Notes: generated from the sequence alone by a model not told the origin. DNA of 63,445 nucleotides, filler included, from Patellaria atrata CBS 101060 (GCA_010093705.1; 9 parts of 9 records of this genome joined end to end with filler, not necessarily neighbours in it); one strand, 5' to 3'. Positions 1-14,474 are shown, numbered from the whole stretch's first letter. Numbers and translations: made by a program.

Positions 1-3000
1 TTCTATTTTTTATTTTCTTTTATTTTAATTTAATAATAATTATTTTAAATATTAAATTTTATAAACTATTTTACTTTTTATAATTTATCTTAAATTTCTA
101 AAATTAAGAATAATAAATATTTATTCTTAATTATAATATTATTTAATTATTTATAATTAATATATAATTTTAATTTATTATTTTTCTTTAATATAAATAA
201 AATTATTAAAATTATTAAATTTTTATTAAATTATATATATCTTTTTTTTAAATTAATTTAAATATATTCTTTAAATATTATATATTATTTTTTTAATAAT
301 AAATAAATAGAATTAAATTATAATTTTATATTTTTTTTTAATATTATTTTATAATTCTATATTTAATAATTTAAATATATAGTTATTATATTTTTTAAAT
401 TTTTTAAATTTTTTAAAAAAAAATTTAAAATTTATTTTTTTAAATTATATTATTTTTATACTTTTAAATTTATTTTTATAAATCTTTATTATTTTATAAT
501 ATAAAATATATTTTATAAATATATTAATATTTATTTATTTAATTTTATTCTTTTTTAAAATATTTTAATTAATTTATACTTTTTATTTTTTAATTAATAT
601 TTTAATTTATTATTTATAATTAATTTATTTTTAAAATTATATTTATATTTTTAAAATTAATTATAAAAATATTTTAAATAATTATCTTTTTTTATATTTT
701 AATTTTTATTAATATAGTTTTAAAATTAAGTAAATTTTATTTATATTTTATATTTTTATTATTTTTTAATTATAATAAAACTAAATTTTTAAATTTTATA
801 TAAAATATATTTTTCTTTTCTATTTATTAAAATAAAATAAATAAATTAATAATAATATTATTAATTAATATTATTATTCTTTTATTATATATAATAATAT
901 TTATATAAAATATTTTATTATTATTTTATAAAATTTTAAAGAATTTAAAAACTATATTTTTTAATTATATTTATTTTAAATAATTTAATAATTTTTTATA
1001 TAATTATATATTAAATAATTAGATTTTATATATATAATTTATTATAATATAAATTTTTATAATATTCTTTATATTTAAATTTTTAATATTTTTATTTAAT
1101 AATTATATTATAATTTAAATTATTTTTAATTTTTACTTTTTATTTTTATATTTTATAATAATTATATTATATTTCTTTAATTATATATTATTTAAAATCT
1201 ATTATATTATATTTAATAATATATTTAAATTTTTTTTATTATTTTTAAATATTTTTATTTTTTATAAAAATATTTTTTCTTTATAAAACTTTTTTCTTAA
1301 ATTTTTATAATATTAATAATTTATATTATATTTATAATCTTCTTATATTATTCTTATATAATTTATATAAATTAATATTTAATAATATTATTTATATTTA
1401 AATTTATTTATATAATTAAAATTATTATATTTTCTATAATTATTTATTAATAATTAATTTAAATTTTTAATTTTTTTTTAAATATTTTTATTTTATTTTT
1501 ATAAATTTTATATTCTTTTATCTAATATTTATCTTTAAATAAATATATATATAAAGATTTAATTTTTTTTAATTTTATTATAATTTTATATTATTTATAT
1601 TATAAATAATTATTTTTTTTATATTATATTTATTAAAAAATTAAATACTTTTTTATTTTTAATATAAAGTTTAATTATTATTCTTTAATAATTATATTAA
1701 ATTTAAATTTAAATTTAATCGATTTTTAATCTTAAAATTTTTATTTAAATTATTATTATTATTTTATAATCTAGTATATAAAATTTAATTTATTAAAAAT
1801 TTATACTTTAAATTCTTTAATTTTAATTTTATATTAAATATTTTAAAATTATATATATATATATATATTTTTATATATTTAATATTATTAATAATTTAAA
1901 TATTATTAAAGTAATCTCTTTTTTAATTAATTTTCTATTATTAAAAATAATATTAATAGTTTATTTATTTTTATTTAATATAATAATAATATTTCTTTAA
2001 TCTTTTTTTCTTTAAGCGATAAAATTAATAATAATAATATTAAATATATAATTTTAAATTATATATATTAATTATATTATAATAATAATTATATTTTTTA
2101 TAAATAATCTTTTTTAAAATATTTTATTTTTCTATATTATAAATATATTTTATTTATAAAATATTCTCTTTTTTTTTAAATAAATTATTATTATTTCTTT
2201 AACTTCTTTTATTTTATTTATTATAGTTAATTAAAATTTATTAAATCTTTTTAATTTTATTTATTTATAATTTTTATTATTTTCTTTTTATATTTAATTA
2301 TAATATTCTTTTATTCTCTCTTTTTTTATTTATATTTATATAATCTATTATTTATTTTAATTATTAAAACTATTATATTTTATATAATTATTAATTTTTT
2401 ATAATAAATTTATTTATTTTTTATTTCTTCTTTTAAATTTTAATAAAAAATAATTATTAATAATTTATTAAATTAATTTAATATTAATATTATTTATTAA
2501 AATATAATAATATATTTTAAAGTTAACTTTTTTTATTTAAATTTTTAAAGTTTTTTTTTAATTATTTATTATTTATCGATTTTCTTAAAAATATTTTTAA
2601 ATATTTCTTTAAATTTTAAAAAGAATTTAAAGATTTTAATTATTTTATTCTTTTAATATTTCTCGCTATTTTTAAGATAATTTTATATAATAGATTTAAA
2701 TTATTTTAAAATATCTTCTTTAAAATATATTAATATATTAAATATATATTTATTATTATTTATTAATTTTATTTTTTTATAATAGATTTTTATTTAAATT
2801 TAAAATTCTTTTAATTTATTTTATTTATTATTATATAATATAGACTTTTTAATTTTTATAATTCTTTTTTATAATAATAATAATTATATAATAAATTATT
2901 TAACTTAATTCTTAAATTTTTAAATTATTTCTTTATTTTTAAATTTATTAATATATTTATATAATATTTAAATATATTCTTTATTTATCTTTATATTAAC

Positions 3001-3599
3001 TATAATTAATAATATTATATTTAAATCTATTATATACTTTTTTACTATATAATAATTATAATATTATAATAAAAATTTATATTTATTAAAATAAAATTAA
3101 ATAAATTTAAAAATATATTTAACTTTTTATTTAATATAATTAATTATTAAAGTAAATTTAATAAAATAATAAAATATATATAATAAAAATACTTTAAATT
3201 ATTAATATAATTTATTAACTTTTTAATTTTAAATAATACTTATAATAAGATAAAATATATTATATAAAAATAATATAATAAATAAAATTAAATTTAAAAC
3301 TATAATATTTATATTTATAAATAAGATTAATAATAAAAATAATTATAAAAAATTTAAATATATAAAAGAAAAATTATTTTTAAATATTTTTATTTTTTAT
3401 AATTAATTTAATATATTTATATTTTAATTATTTTAATTATTTAATTATTTTAATTATTTAATTATTCTTTATAATTAATATAATTAAATAATTAATATTT
3501 AAATTATATAATTTTTTATTATTTATAATTTTTTTAAATAATATTTCTTTTTTTCTTTTATTTATTATTTATATATTCTTATAATTTATAATTATAATA
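1..3599 (-). mobile_element. Heavily RIP-mutated Ty3/Gypsy family C element, 5' part (LTR 3062-3599, internal gag to RT 1-3061)
   Basis: 3062-3599 is the RIP-converted reverse complement of the 11526-12165 LTR. The minus strand near 100-175 reads KLKLYINYK*LNNIIIKNKYLLFLI, a RIP version of the RT motif [25 protein letters not shown]. Confidence 0.75.
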
Positions 3600-3899
3600 A
3601 TTATATACTTTATAATATAAATATTTTAGATAATTATAATTTATTTTTAATTATTTAATTAAATAAAATTAAATTTTATATATTTTTTTATATTTATAAT
3701 AATTTTTATTAATTTAATTATATTTATTTATAAATTAATTTTATTAAAATTATAAATATTATTATTATAAATATTATATTTAATTTTTATCTTTTTAATA
3801 AGTTTAAATTATATATTAATTATTTTAAAATAATTTTAAAATAATTTTTAATAATTTTTTATTTAATTAAAATTTATTTTTAATTTATTTAAATATATT
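3600..3899 (+). mobile_element. Internal fragment of the pogo/Fot1-like DNA transposon seen at 58437-60280
   Basis: Aligns by eye to about 59590-59850 (e.g. ttttattaaaattataaatattattattataaatattatatttaatttttatct). Confidence 0.6.
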
Positions 3900-6800
3900 T
3901 ATTATAACTATAAATTATAAAAGTATATAATTTATAAATAAAAAAAAAAATAAAAATATTATTTAAAGAAATTATAGATAAAATTAATAATTAAAGATTA
4001 TATAATATAAATATAATAAATATTATAAATATAAATATTTAAAATATTTAAAATATTTAAAGTATTTAAAAATATTAAATTAATTATAAAAAATAGAAAT
4101 ATTTAAAAATAATTTTTTTCTTATATATTTAAATTTTTAATAATTATTTTTACTATTAATTTTATCTATAAATTTAAATATTATAATTTTAAATTTAACT
4201 TTATTTATTATATTATTTTTATATAATATATCTTATTTTATTATAAATATTATTTAAAATTAAAGAGTTAATAAATTATATTAATAATTTAAAATATTTT
4301 TATTATATAAATTTTATTATTTTATTAAATTTATTTTTATAATTAATTATATTAAATAAAAAGTTAAATATATTTTTAAATTTATCTAATTTTATTTTAA
4401 TAAAAATAGACTTTTATTATAATATTATAATTATTATATAATAAAAAAGTATATAATAAATTTAAATATAATATTATTAATTATAATTAATATAAAAATA
4501 AATAAAGAATATATTTAAATATTATATAAATATATTAATAAATTTAAAAATAAAGAAATAATTTAAAAATTTAAAAATTAATTTAAATAATTTATTATAT
4601 AATTATTATTATTATAAAAATAGATTATAAAAGTTAAAGAATCTATATTATATAATAATAAATAAATTAAATTAAAAGAATTTTTAATTTAAATAAAAAT
4701 TTATTATAAAAGAATAAAATTAATAAATAATAATAAATATATATTTAATATATTAATATACTTTAAAGAAAATATTTTAAAATAATTTAAATCTATTATA
4801 TAAAATTATTTTAAAGATTTTTAAATTATTTCTAAAGTTTAAAAAAATATTTTAAAATATTTTTAAAGAAATTAATAAATAATAAATAAATAAAAGAAAA
4901 TTTTAAGAATTTAAATAAAAAGAATTAACTTTAAAATATATAATTATATTTTAATAAATAATATTAATATTAATTTAATTTAATAAATTACTAATAATTA
5001 TCTTTTATTAAAATTTAAAGAAAAAAGTAAAAAATAAATATATTTATTATAAAAGATTAATAATTATATAAAATATATTAATTAAAATAATTAAAATAAA
5101 TAATAAATTATATAAATATAAATAAAAAAAAAAGAAAATAAAAGAATATTATAATTAAATATAAAAAGAAAATAATAAAAATTATAAATAAATAAAATTA
5201 AAAAGATTTAATAAATTTTAATTAATTATAATAAATAAAATAAAAGAAATTAAAGAAATAATAATAATTTATTTAAAAAAAGAAAAAATATTTTATAAAT
5301 AAAATATATTTATAATATAAAAAAGTAAAATATTTTAAAAAAAATTATTTATAGAAAATATAATTATTATTATAATATAATTAATATATATAATTTAAAG
5401 TTATATATTTAATATTATTATTATTAATTTTATCGTTTAAAGAAGAAATAATTAAAGAAATATTATTATTATATTAAATAAAAATAAATAGATTATTAAT
5501 ATTATTTTTAATAATAGAAAATTAATTAAAGAAAAAGATATTTTAATAATATTTAAATAATTAATAATATTAAATATATATAAATAAATATATATATATA
5601 TAATATTAAAATATTTAATATAAAATTAAGATTAAAAAATTAAAATATAAATTTTTAATAAAATAAATCTTATATATTAAATTATAAAATAATAATAATA
5701 ATTTAAATAAAAGTTTTAAAATTAGGAATTAATTAAATTTAAATTTAATATCGATATAATTATTAAAAAATAATAGTTAAATTTTATATTAAAGATAAAA
5801 GATTATTTAATCTTTTAATAAATATAATATAAAGAGAATAATTATTTATATTATAGATAATAAAAAGTTATAATAAAATTTAAAAATCGCGATTTTATAT
5901 ATATATATTTATTTAAAAGTAAATATTAAATAAAAGAATATAAAATCTATAAAAATAAAATAAAAATATTTAAAAAAAATTAAAAATTTAAATTATTAAT
6001 AAATAATTATAGAAAAAATAATAGTTTTAATTATATAAATAAATTTAAATATAAATAATATTATTAAATATTAATTTATATAAAATATATAATAATAATA
6101 TAAAAAGATTATAAATATAATATAAATTATTAATATTATAAAGATTTAAAGAAAAAGTTTTATAAAAAAAAATATTTTTATAAAAGATAAAAATACTTTA
6201 AAATAATAAAGAAATATTTAAATATATTATTAAATATAATATATAAGATTTTAGATAATATATAATAAAAGATATATAATATAATTATTATATAATATAA
6301 AGATAAAAATTAAAAATTAAAAGTAATTTAAATTATAATATAATTATTAAATAAAAATATTAAAAGTTTAAATATAAAAAATATTATAAAAATTTATATT
6401 ATAATAAATATAATAGATTATATTAAATTAAATATATAAAATCTAGTTATTTAATATATAATTATATTAAAAACTATTAAATTATTTAAAAAAAAAATAA
6501 TTAAGAAATATAACTTTTAAATTTTTTAAAACTTTATTAAATAATAATAAAATATTTTAGATAAATATTATTATATATAATAAAAAAATAATATTATTAA
6601 TTAATAATAATATTATTAATTTATTTATTTTATTTTAATAAATAAAGAATAAAAGTATATTTTATATAAAATTTAAGAATTTAATTCTATTATAATTAGA
6701 AAATAATAAAGAAATAAAATATAAATAAAATTTAATTAACTTTAAAATTATATTAATAAAAATTAATATATAAAAAAAGATAATTATTTTATATATTTTT

Positions 6801-7141
6801 ATAATTAATTTAAAAAATATAAATATAATTTTAGAAATAAATTAATAATAAATAATAAATTTAAATATTAATTAAAAGATAAAAAATATTTAAATTAATT
6901 AAAATATTTTATAAAAAAATAAAATTAAATAAATAAAATATATTAAATAAATAAATATTAATATATTTATAAAATATATTTTATATTATAAGATAATAAA
7001 GATTTATAGAAATAAACTAAAAAATATAAAAATAATATAATTTAAAAAAGTAAATATTAAAAAGATTTTTAAAAAATCTAAAATATTTAAAAAATATAAT
7101 AAATTTAAAGATTTATTTAAAAAAAATATAATAATTATATT
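3900..7141 (+). mobile_element. Heavily RIP-mutated family C element, 5' LTR (3900-4424) plus internal region
   Basis: Starts tattataactataaattataaaagtat (RIP of tgttacggccacaagttataggaac) and the LTR ends gacttttattataata (RIP of gactcccgttataaca). It is an inverted copy of about 380-3599. Confidence 0.75.
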
Positions 7142-7241
7142 NNNNNNNNNNNNNNNNNNNNNNNNNNNNNNNNNNNNNNNNNNNNTTAATTAATTAANNN
7201 NNNNNNNNNNNNNNNNNNNNNNNNNNNNNNNNNNNNNNNNN
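7142..7241. other. Artificial contig linker N44-TTAATTAATTAA-N44 (also at 21443-21542, 28316-28415, 37695-37794, 40697-40796, 48996-49095, 57003-57102, 60912-61011); plain N gaps at 26182-26346 and 56104-56203
   Basis: Identical 100-nt layout occurs eight times, and the 12-mer gives stop codons in all six frames. Confidence 0.97.
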
Positions 7242-7662
7242 AGGCACCGGATATCTCGTTGCTAGTAGAGCTCAGCTGCTTGCAGATCCCCGATCAGTCC
7301 GATGATCGTTCGTCAGCTAGACTGATGTCGTGCTCCGGTTGGAATATTATGTCGCCTTTCCAGAGGCCGTTGAAGGTGAACTTAATCTAGTGTGACAATG
7401 TAGTATAGCTGTAGTAATCGTATTTTGACTATCTCTATTACTAACTACTAAGTGTGGAGATTAAGTTAAGGAACAATAATATCGTGGGCCGAATGTCCGC
7501 ATATAACAGCCCCGCCTTGCCAAGCCTCGGCCCGACTATCTTCCGTTTAACCAATCAGCGCTTAGAGATCTTTTCCACGTCCGACCCGGCAAAGATCTCT
7601 TGCAAATAAACCAAACACTCAGCATAGGAAATACGGGATCAGCATCGTGACACGTCGTCATA
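7242..7662 (-). mobile_element. Lightly mutated family A element 5' end: LTR 7391-7662 plus leader, truncated by contig edge
   Basis: 272-bp LTR with TGTGAC...GTCA(C/T)A ends. It is the reverse complement of 54786-55206, and the PBS-like AGATTAAGTT is adjacent. Confidence 0.9.
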
Positions 7663-10600
7663 ATATTCAATTTAATTTACTTTATACTATAATTTACCGC
7701 GAGAGATATAGCTTACTAGGATCTTATCTACTTTATATTTAGGCTTATTATCTATTTCGATCGGCGGTGGTAGTTCTAGCCGTTATTTAGGTAACGGGTC
7801 TATCGATACTTTACGAAGTCTATTTATATAGAATACGTTCGATATTTTTATATTAATGGGTAAGTCGATTATATAAAAGTGTCTCTTTATTTCTATTATT
7901 TTATATAGACTTATATTCTAATAGTCTAGTTTAACACTTAGCCTATCCGATATCTAACCTTTATATAAGATAAAGACGTAATTTTTTAATCCGAAGTCTA
8001 GTTCTCTCTGATATTTATTAATTAACTTTACTTATATTACTTATACCTTTTCTAGGTTATTCCTCGCCTATTTAATAGCGTTATAAGTATATTTCGCGAA
8101 TAGTTAAGCTTCCTCTTTACTTATCTTTTCTCGAATTATCTTATATACGTCGAGATCTATCCACTCTTATTAATCGAAATATATTTATAGTTAATAACCG
8201 AATTCTAACTCGTAAGGGGAAATGCCCGTTAATTCGTAGACTAATATAGCTTAAGTAAAGTCTATTATAGATAATAACTCCAATTAATTACTCTAGTAGT
8301 TATTTATAAAGGGCTAGAGCTATAAATTTATATATTAGTTAATAATCTCTATATTTTTATTTATCTACGAGTGGTAAATTATAAATAGTTTTTATTTCAC
8401 TTTTATTAGTTTATAAAGCTTATCTATAAATATAAAAATAAACTATAAACTATAGTTTAATATTATTATCTCCGGTATACTATATATCCGTTATACGTAT
8501 TTATAGTATAGCTTTACGGCTACCTTAGCCGAGATATCTTTAATATAGGGGAGTAAGATCACTTTTTTTTCTAGTCGATCTACTATTATAAATACTATTT
8601 CGAATTCGTGCGTATTTTTAGGAAACGATTTAAAGTTAAAGATAATATATTACTAATATTTATCTCTAATTAGTAGTGATTTTAGTAAATCGAGGGTTTT
8701 ATCTCTTAATATATACGTCTAATAATAAGTGTAATAATTCTAGATATATCTATCTATATTAGCTATTAATTTAGATTAATAATATTATATTTAGATTAGT
8801 TCTTTCGTCTTCTTAGTTCCTAGATATCCTATAATTAATATATTATATATATCCTATATTAGATATATTTTAAGGTTATCTATATCTAGGATTATAAGTC
8901 TATTAAATCTAATAAGTAGACTATTTTATAATTCTTAATATTTCTCTTTAACTTCGGCTTACTTTCGATATACTAATAGAGAGTTATACTTCCGGTTCAC
9001 TTCTAATATTCGATTTATTAATAAGTATATTATTAGCGGCTCTTATTTTCAATTAAGCTTATTTTAGATATATCGCTCTAAATTTATAGGTATATCTTCC
9101 CTTTCTTTTATCTTATACCTAACTTCCTTTTCTTTTTTAGTTATAATGGAAATTATAGAGTGAATAAATATAGGCCTTAATCTAGAATCGAGGTTAATAC
9201 ACTTCTTTAATATATTATTCCTTTCTTTCGAGGTTTTAGTTATTATAGACTCTTAGTCCTAAACTTTAGCTCCTTTTATCTCCTATAAAGGCTCGGTTAT
9301 CGCCACCTCGGCTACTACCACCCGGGTCTTAGACTTTAATTTTAGAGCGTACTTTTCTATTATCTTCTTTTTAAAGGTTATACGTTTCTTACTACTTTAA
9401 GATATCTTTTTAAGTAGTAGTTATTATTTTATTAAGAGCTAAAGAGATACTATTATTATATTTAAGTCGATTAATATCTAGATCTATACTATAATATCTT
9501 TATTTTTCGCTATCTTTAAGTCTTCTTATTTATAGAAAAGCGCGTCTATTACGACGTTTTAAGCTTTAAGCTGATACGTAATTCGGAAGTGGAAATTAGA
9601 GAGAGTTTCACTTTATCGAGCTTATTTAATATTAAGTAACCGTTTCGTAGTAAAGTATTCTAGTACTTTATAGTTAGTGATTATAATAAAGGGAACTTAT
9701 TATAGTCTTACTAGTATATTTTTTCACTCGGCTAATACTTTTATTACGGCTAGTATTTTCTTATCGTGGATTTTATATCTTAATTCTATCTCTAATAACG
9801 TCTTAGTCTAGAAGGTAACTAGCCTTTAAATATATCTATAGAGCTATAATATAACTATTATAGTAACCCTATTATTATAGTTAGACTTAACTTTTATCTT
9901 AAGTAGAGGGTTATAATGCGCTAGCACTTAATTTAATAGAATTAGCTTTTTTACTTTCTTAAATATCTCTTCTTTTTCTACTTAAGTGATTTTTAAACCC
10001 CTTTTTATATTTATATTATTAATAGTTATATAACTCGTCCGAATTTCTCTAGAAACTTTTAGTAGAAGTTATAGAATTTATTAAATAATAAGATTCTCTT
10101 TATATTTATTAGTAACTTCTAGTTTTAGACTATTTTAGTCTTTTCTAGATTTATCGCTATTTCGTTAATACTAATAATAAAGCTAAGAAATTTTATCTTT
10201 ATTATATAGAACTCGCTTTTCTTAATATTAGCTTATAAACCGGTCTTAGCTAATACTTCTAGCACTTTCGCGATATAAGTTTAATACTCTAATAGATACT
10301 TAAAGTAGATTAGTATATCGTTAATATATATTATATAGAAGTTATTTAGATATTAGAAAAACGCCTTATTAATAAACTATTAGAACGAGGCTAGGCCGTT
10401 ATATAATTTAAAGGATAATATCTTATACTTAAATAATCTATATCTTATTTAGAAGATAGTAAGATCTTTAGCTAATTTCTTTATTTAAATTTAGTAGAAT
10501 ACTTATCTTATATTAAGTTTTATAAATATCTTTACTCGTCGAAGACGCGTTAATATTTCTTTAATTAGGGATAACGAATACTTATTCTTCTTAGTAATAC

Positions 10601-11525
10601 TATTTAACTTTCTATAATTAATATAGAATCTCTAACTCCCCTCTAACTTCTTAACGAATAACACTAAAGACGCGTATAATATCTCGTTTAGAACGATAAA
10701 CTTTTTCTAAAGATACTCTTTTAGATAGTTCTTTATTAGCTATAAATATTTAATAAGTATATTATATAAGGGGCTAGTAATAAGATTATTATCTTAATCT
10801 AATATTATATTATAATTTATATCTTCTTTAAGCGGTAGTAGCTTATTAGATATAAATTTTAAGAATACGTGAATTAAGTAATAATATTTCTTAAATAACT
10901 TTTTATAGATTATCGCTTTATAAGTGTCTTTATCTTTATCTAAAGAGTTTTTATCTTTCGAGAGTCGATCTTATATTAAGGAGTTAATCTTATATAGACT
11001 TATAATATCTATAACGATATCTTTATACTTTATATTCTTTAGATAGTTTTCTCCGCTAACTAAGTAGATATTTATATAAATCCCGGTAATATTAACCTAT
11101 TTACTCGACTTTAGCTTCGACTTTTTAGAGAGTTTCGGCGTCTTTCTCTCTATTAAATTCGATAGTTCTAATTTTATCTTTTAAAGATTAGAGCCGATAT
11201 TCTTAATCTATAAACTCGGTTACTTTTATTAGAATAGTTATAGTTTTCTCCTCTAGTTAACTAATACTTTCTATTAGTTACGTTCTCGTTTATCGATAAC
11301 TTTATCTCGTCGTTCTATATCGAATTAGTACTATAGGTTAGTTTAAATTCATAGCTCGCTCTTTAAAATCACGATATCTCGTTACTAGTCTTTAACTATA
11401 ATAGCCTATTTCGGCTAAATAATCCGATAATATCTATAATTAAGTAGGCTATTAATTTTAGAGAACCACTTCTTATCTATAAATATATTATTATAGCTTA
11501 TATCCGTTATTATAATCGATATTAG

Positions 11526-12165
11526 TGTTACGGCCACAAGTTATAGGAACATGCAGACAACGAGTGAGGGGAAGGAAGGAACACCACTCGGGAGAACTAC
11601 GGGTGAAACGAGTGATAGAGAATCACGTGACCTAGACGTTGGTCGCTGGTCGTGCTGGTCGTAGAGAACGACCAACGACCAAAACGACCAGACAGTGGTC
11701 GCTGGTCGCGCTGGTCGCAGAGAACGACCAACGACCAAAACGACCAGACAGTGGTCGCTGGTCGCGCTGGTCGCAGAGAACGACCAACGACCAGAACGAC
11801 CAGAGAATAGGCAACCAAATTGACTATAGAGGATAGGAATATTTAAGGACGGTCTTTCCCTCATGTATTTAGATTCTTCGTAGTTATTCTTACCATCAAT
11901 CTTACCCATAGATTTAGATGTTACGGTTTTGAACTTGACTTCACTTGTTACACTGTTTCCATACAGTACGTCTTGTCTCATTGTGAGCATTACCCGAAGT
12001 CAAGGAGTCAGCAAGTTGTATCGGCAACTTGAAGTGCCTTTTGTTATACGTATCCTATCACTTTGCCAAACCTACCTTTGTGGTTGACCACGTTAAGTGA
12101 GAAGCCAGGCGCGTCTCTAGACTTATCTAGTTCTGTCTTGATAAGTATAGACTCCCGTTATAACA
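11526..12165 (+). mobile_element. Young, almost unRIP'd family C solo LTR (640 bp) with 5-bp TSD ATTAG
   Basis: TGTTA...TAACA termini; ATTAG at 11521-11525 and 12166-12170. The empty site is visible in the A copy near 30150. Confidence 0.92.
11640..11802. repeat. About 3 x 56-bp tandem repeat, each unit 3x TGGTCG followed by 3x CGACCA
   Basis: Units start at 11640, 11696 and 11752; read directly from the sequence. Confidence 0.95.
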
Positions 12166-14474
12166 ATTAGCTACCTTCGTTCTTTAATCACGAGACTCGC
12201 CTTAAGTATTTAATTAATTAGTATTACCTTTAAATTATTAAAAGTATTAACTTTAATCTCTTAGTCTATCTTTTTAACTTCAATTTTAAGGCGTTATTTT
12301 AGAGCGGATAGTTATCTCTTATTTAGTAAGGTATACTCTTAAACTCTAATATCGATTAAGGCTCTAAGCTATATTATAATTCTATTCTTTAAAATTTAGT
12401 ATAGTATCGTGAATAGCTTTTCTAATACTAAATTATTAATTAATATTATTAATACTTCTATTATTAGCCTTAATACGGAGTCTCTATTTAAGATTTCTCG
12501 TTTTCCGAATCTAACTCTAAATCGGACTTTAAGCTTTAATACTCGTCTTTCTAGACTAACTTTACTTCGGTTATCTTCTTTAGTTCCCGGTATTTTAACG
12601 CTTTATATCCGGCCTTATTATAGTTAAAGTAGTTACCTATAAACTTCTAAATAATTATAGTCTATTCTATTACTTATAGTATTATAAGTAAAGTGGTTCC
12701 TCCGTTTTCTAATTAATATAAAGTTCTATTTATTATTATTAAGATAGAAGTTATTCTAGTTAGTTTACTATACTTTTAACTTTCTTTATAAGTCTTACTA
12801 GCTTTATCTAACCTTTCTAGCTCTCGTACTTATATTATAACTTTATTATAGTACTTTTAGAAGCTAATTTCGTTATTATCTATAACTTCCACTATTATTA
12901 GCCTTAGATTATTATAAAGTCTATCGTAGAGTTTCTCTTTCCACTAATCGCGTGATAATCTAGCTTTATTAGCTAGCCGGATAAACGTAGATTAGAACTT
13001 TAGAAAGTTTATTAAGTAGCTTTACTTTAACTTCTTTAATTTATCTTTAACTTTTAATCGCCTATTTAAATCTTTATAGATTTAGTCTAGAAATCTTATT
13101 AATTTTATTAAAATTATATCGTCTTTCTCCGATTTTAAGAAAGAGTATATATATTTAGCTACCTCGCCATTAATTTATATTTTAATATAGGTAATCTTCA
13201 CTCTTTTATCTTAAAATTAGTCGCTATTAATATAAAGCTTATTATTTATTTTACTCTTCTACTCCTTATAGGTTAGCTTTTTATTATTAGTTAATTCTAG
13301 TGAATTAAGGAATTTTTTTATCTTATTATCGCCTCTACTTCTAAAGCTTCCGGTTAAGTTAACTATTCTAGCTCGGTTATTATAATTATATAATACTAAT
13401 AGTTCTTTATCGTTAAATTTATTATCGAACTAGATACTCTTTTAATCTAGTTTAGACTACTTAATCTATTCTTTTAGATTATCGATTTTATCTTAAAGGT
13501 GTTTTATAGCTTCTTCGTTCGCTTAATATACTTATAGCTTTAGCTATAAGTTAGGCGTTATCTCGTTAATAAGGTTTACTATCTTTCCGAGTTATATCTC
13601 TTAAGCTATAAGCTTTACTCTCGTATAGAGATACTCTATTATAAATTAGTCTAGATTTTTAATTATCTATTCCTTCACTCTATCGATTATATTAGCGTTT
13701 TAATTATCTATAATAATAATATATCTAAGAGGCTTTCTTTCTTCTATTATTCTAGGGATTTCTTTTAGTAGATTCTATAGATCTATTTCTAAAATATTAT
13801 CGATAATTTATTAATCGACTACTTCTAATATTAATTTATATTAATACATTTTTTCTTTTTCTTTTAATCCGATACTACTCTCTACTCTTAGATTTATAGT
13901 TAGCTTATTATCTATCTATTTTATTAAAGTTACTAAAGATTTAACTATTTTATTTAGTTTACTATAATATTTACTTTTCTAAGTAATTCGTATTTATTAA
14001 TCCTAATCTCTTTTAAATATTAGATTATTATTATCGTTAATATTAATACTCTTAGATATTAAATATTTTATTATTAATAGAGTTTAGCTACTTATAGATC
14101 CCCGATTAGTCTAATAATCGTTTATCGGCTAAACTAATATTATACTTTAGTTAGAATATTATATCGTCTTTTTAAAGGCCGTTAAAGATAAACTTAATCT
14201 AGTATAATAATATAGTATAGCTATAGTAATTATATTTTAATTATCTCTATTACTAATTACTAAGTATAGAGATTAAGTTAAGGAATAATAATATTATAAG
14301 TCGAATATTTATATATAATAGTCCCGTCTTATTAAGCTTCGGCCCGACTATCTTTTATTTAACTAATTAGCGCTTAGAGATCTTTTTTATATCTAACCCG
14401 GTAAAAATCTCTTATAAATAAACTAAATATTTAATATAGAAAATATAGGATTAATATTATAATATATCGTTATA

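Larger units (their letters stand above)
7663..14474 (-). mobile_element. RIP-mutated family A Ty3/Gypsy element (5' LTR 14203-14474, gag, PR, RT, RH, IN, part of the chromodomain region)
   Basis: Colinear with the 54786-57002 copy over gag/PR and homologous to family B pol. All frames are closed by TAA/TAG. Confidence 0.88.

Noticed and set aside
4425..4436. Possible self-priming PBS for family C complementary to about 4138-4147
   Set aside because: The match is A/T-only in A/T-only sequence and is indistinguishable from chance without an unRIP'd copy.
1..7141. Mitochondrial or AT-rich foreign-organism DNA
   Set aside because: The sequence aligns to LTR and pol motifs through C-to-T and G-to-A changes, so it is RIP'd retroelement.
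7186..7197. Recurrent TTAATTAATTAA motif, and apparent adjacency of rDNA to retroelements
   Set aside because: It is an assembly linker, so relationships across linkers are not biological.
11640..11802. CRISPR-like or coding interpretation of the palindromic repeat (ORFs 11541-11990 etc.)
   Set aside because: There are no unique spacers and no cas genes, the context is a eukaryotic LTR, and the ORFs are by-products of a stop-free repeat.
12409..12627. Short ORFs in RIP'd A copies (also 29603-29809)
   Set aside because: These are residual stop-free stretches of degenerate gag/pol or their antisense strand.
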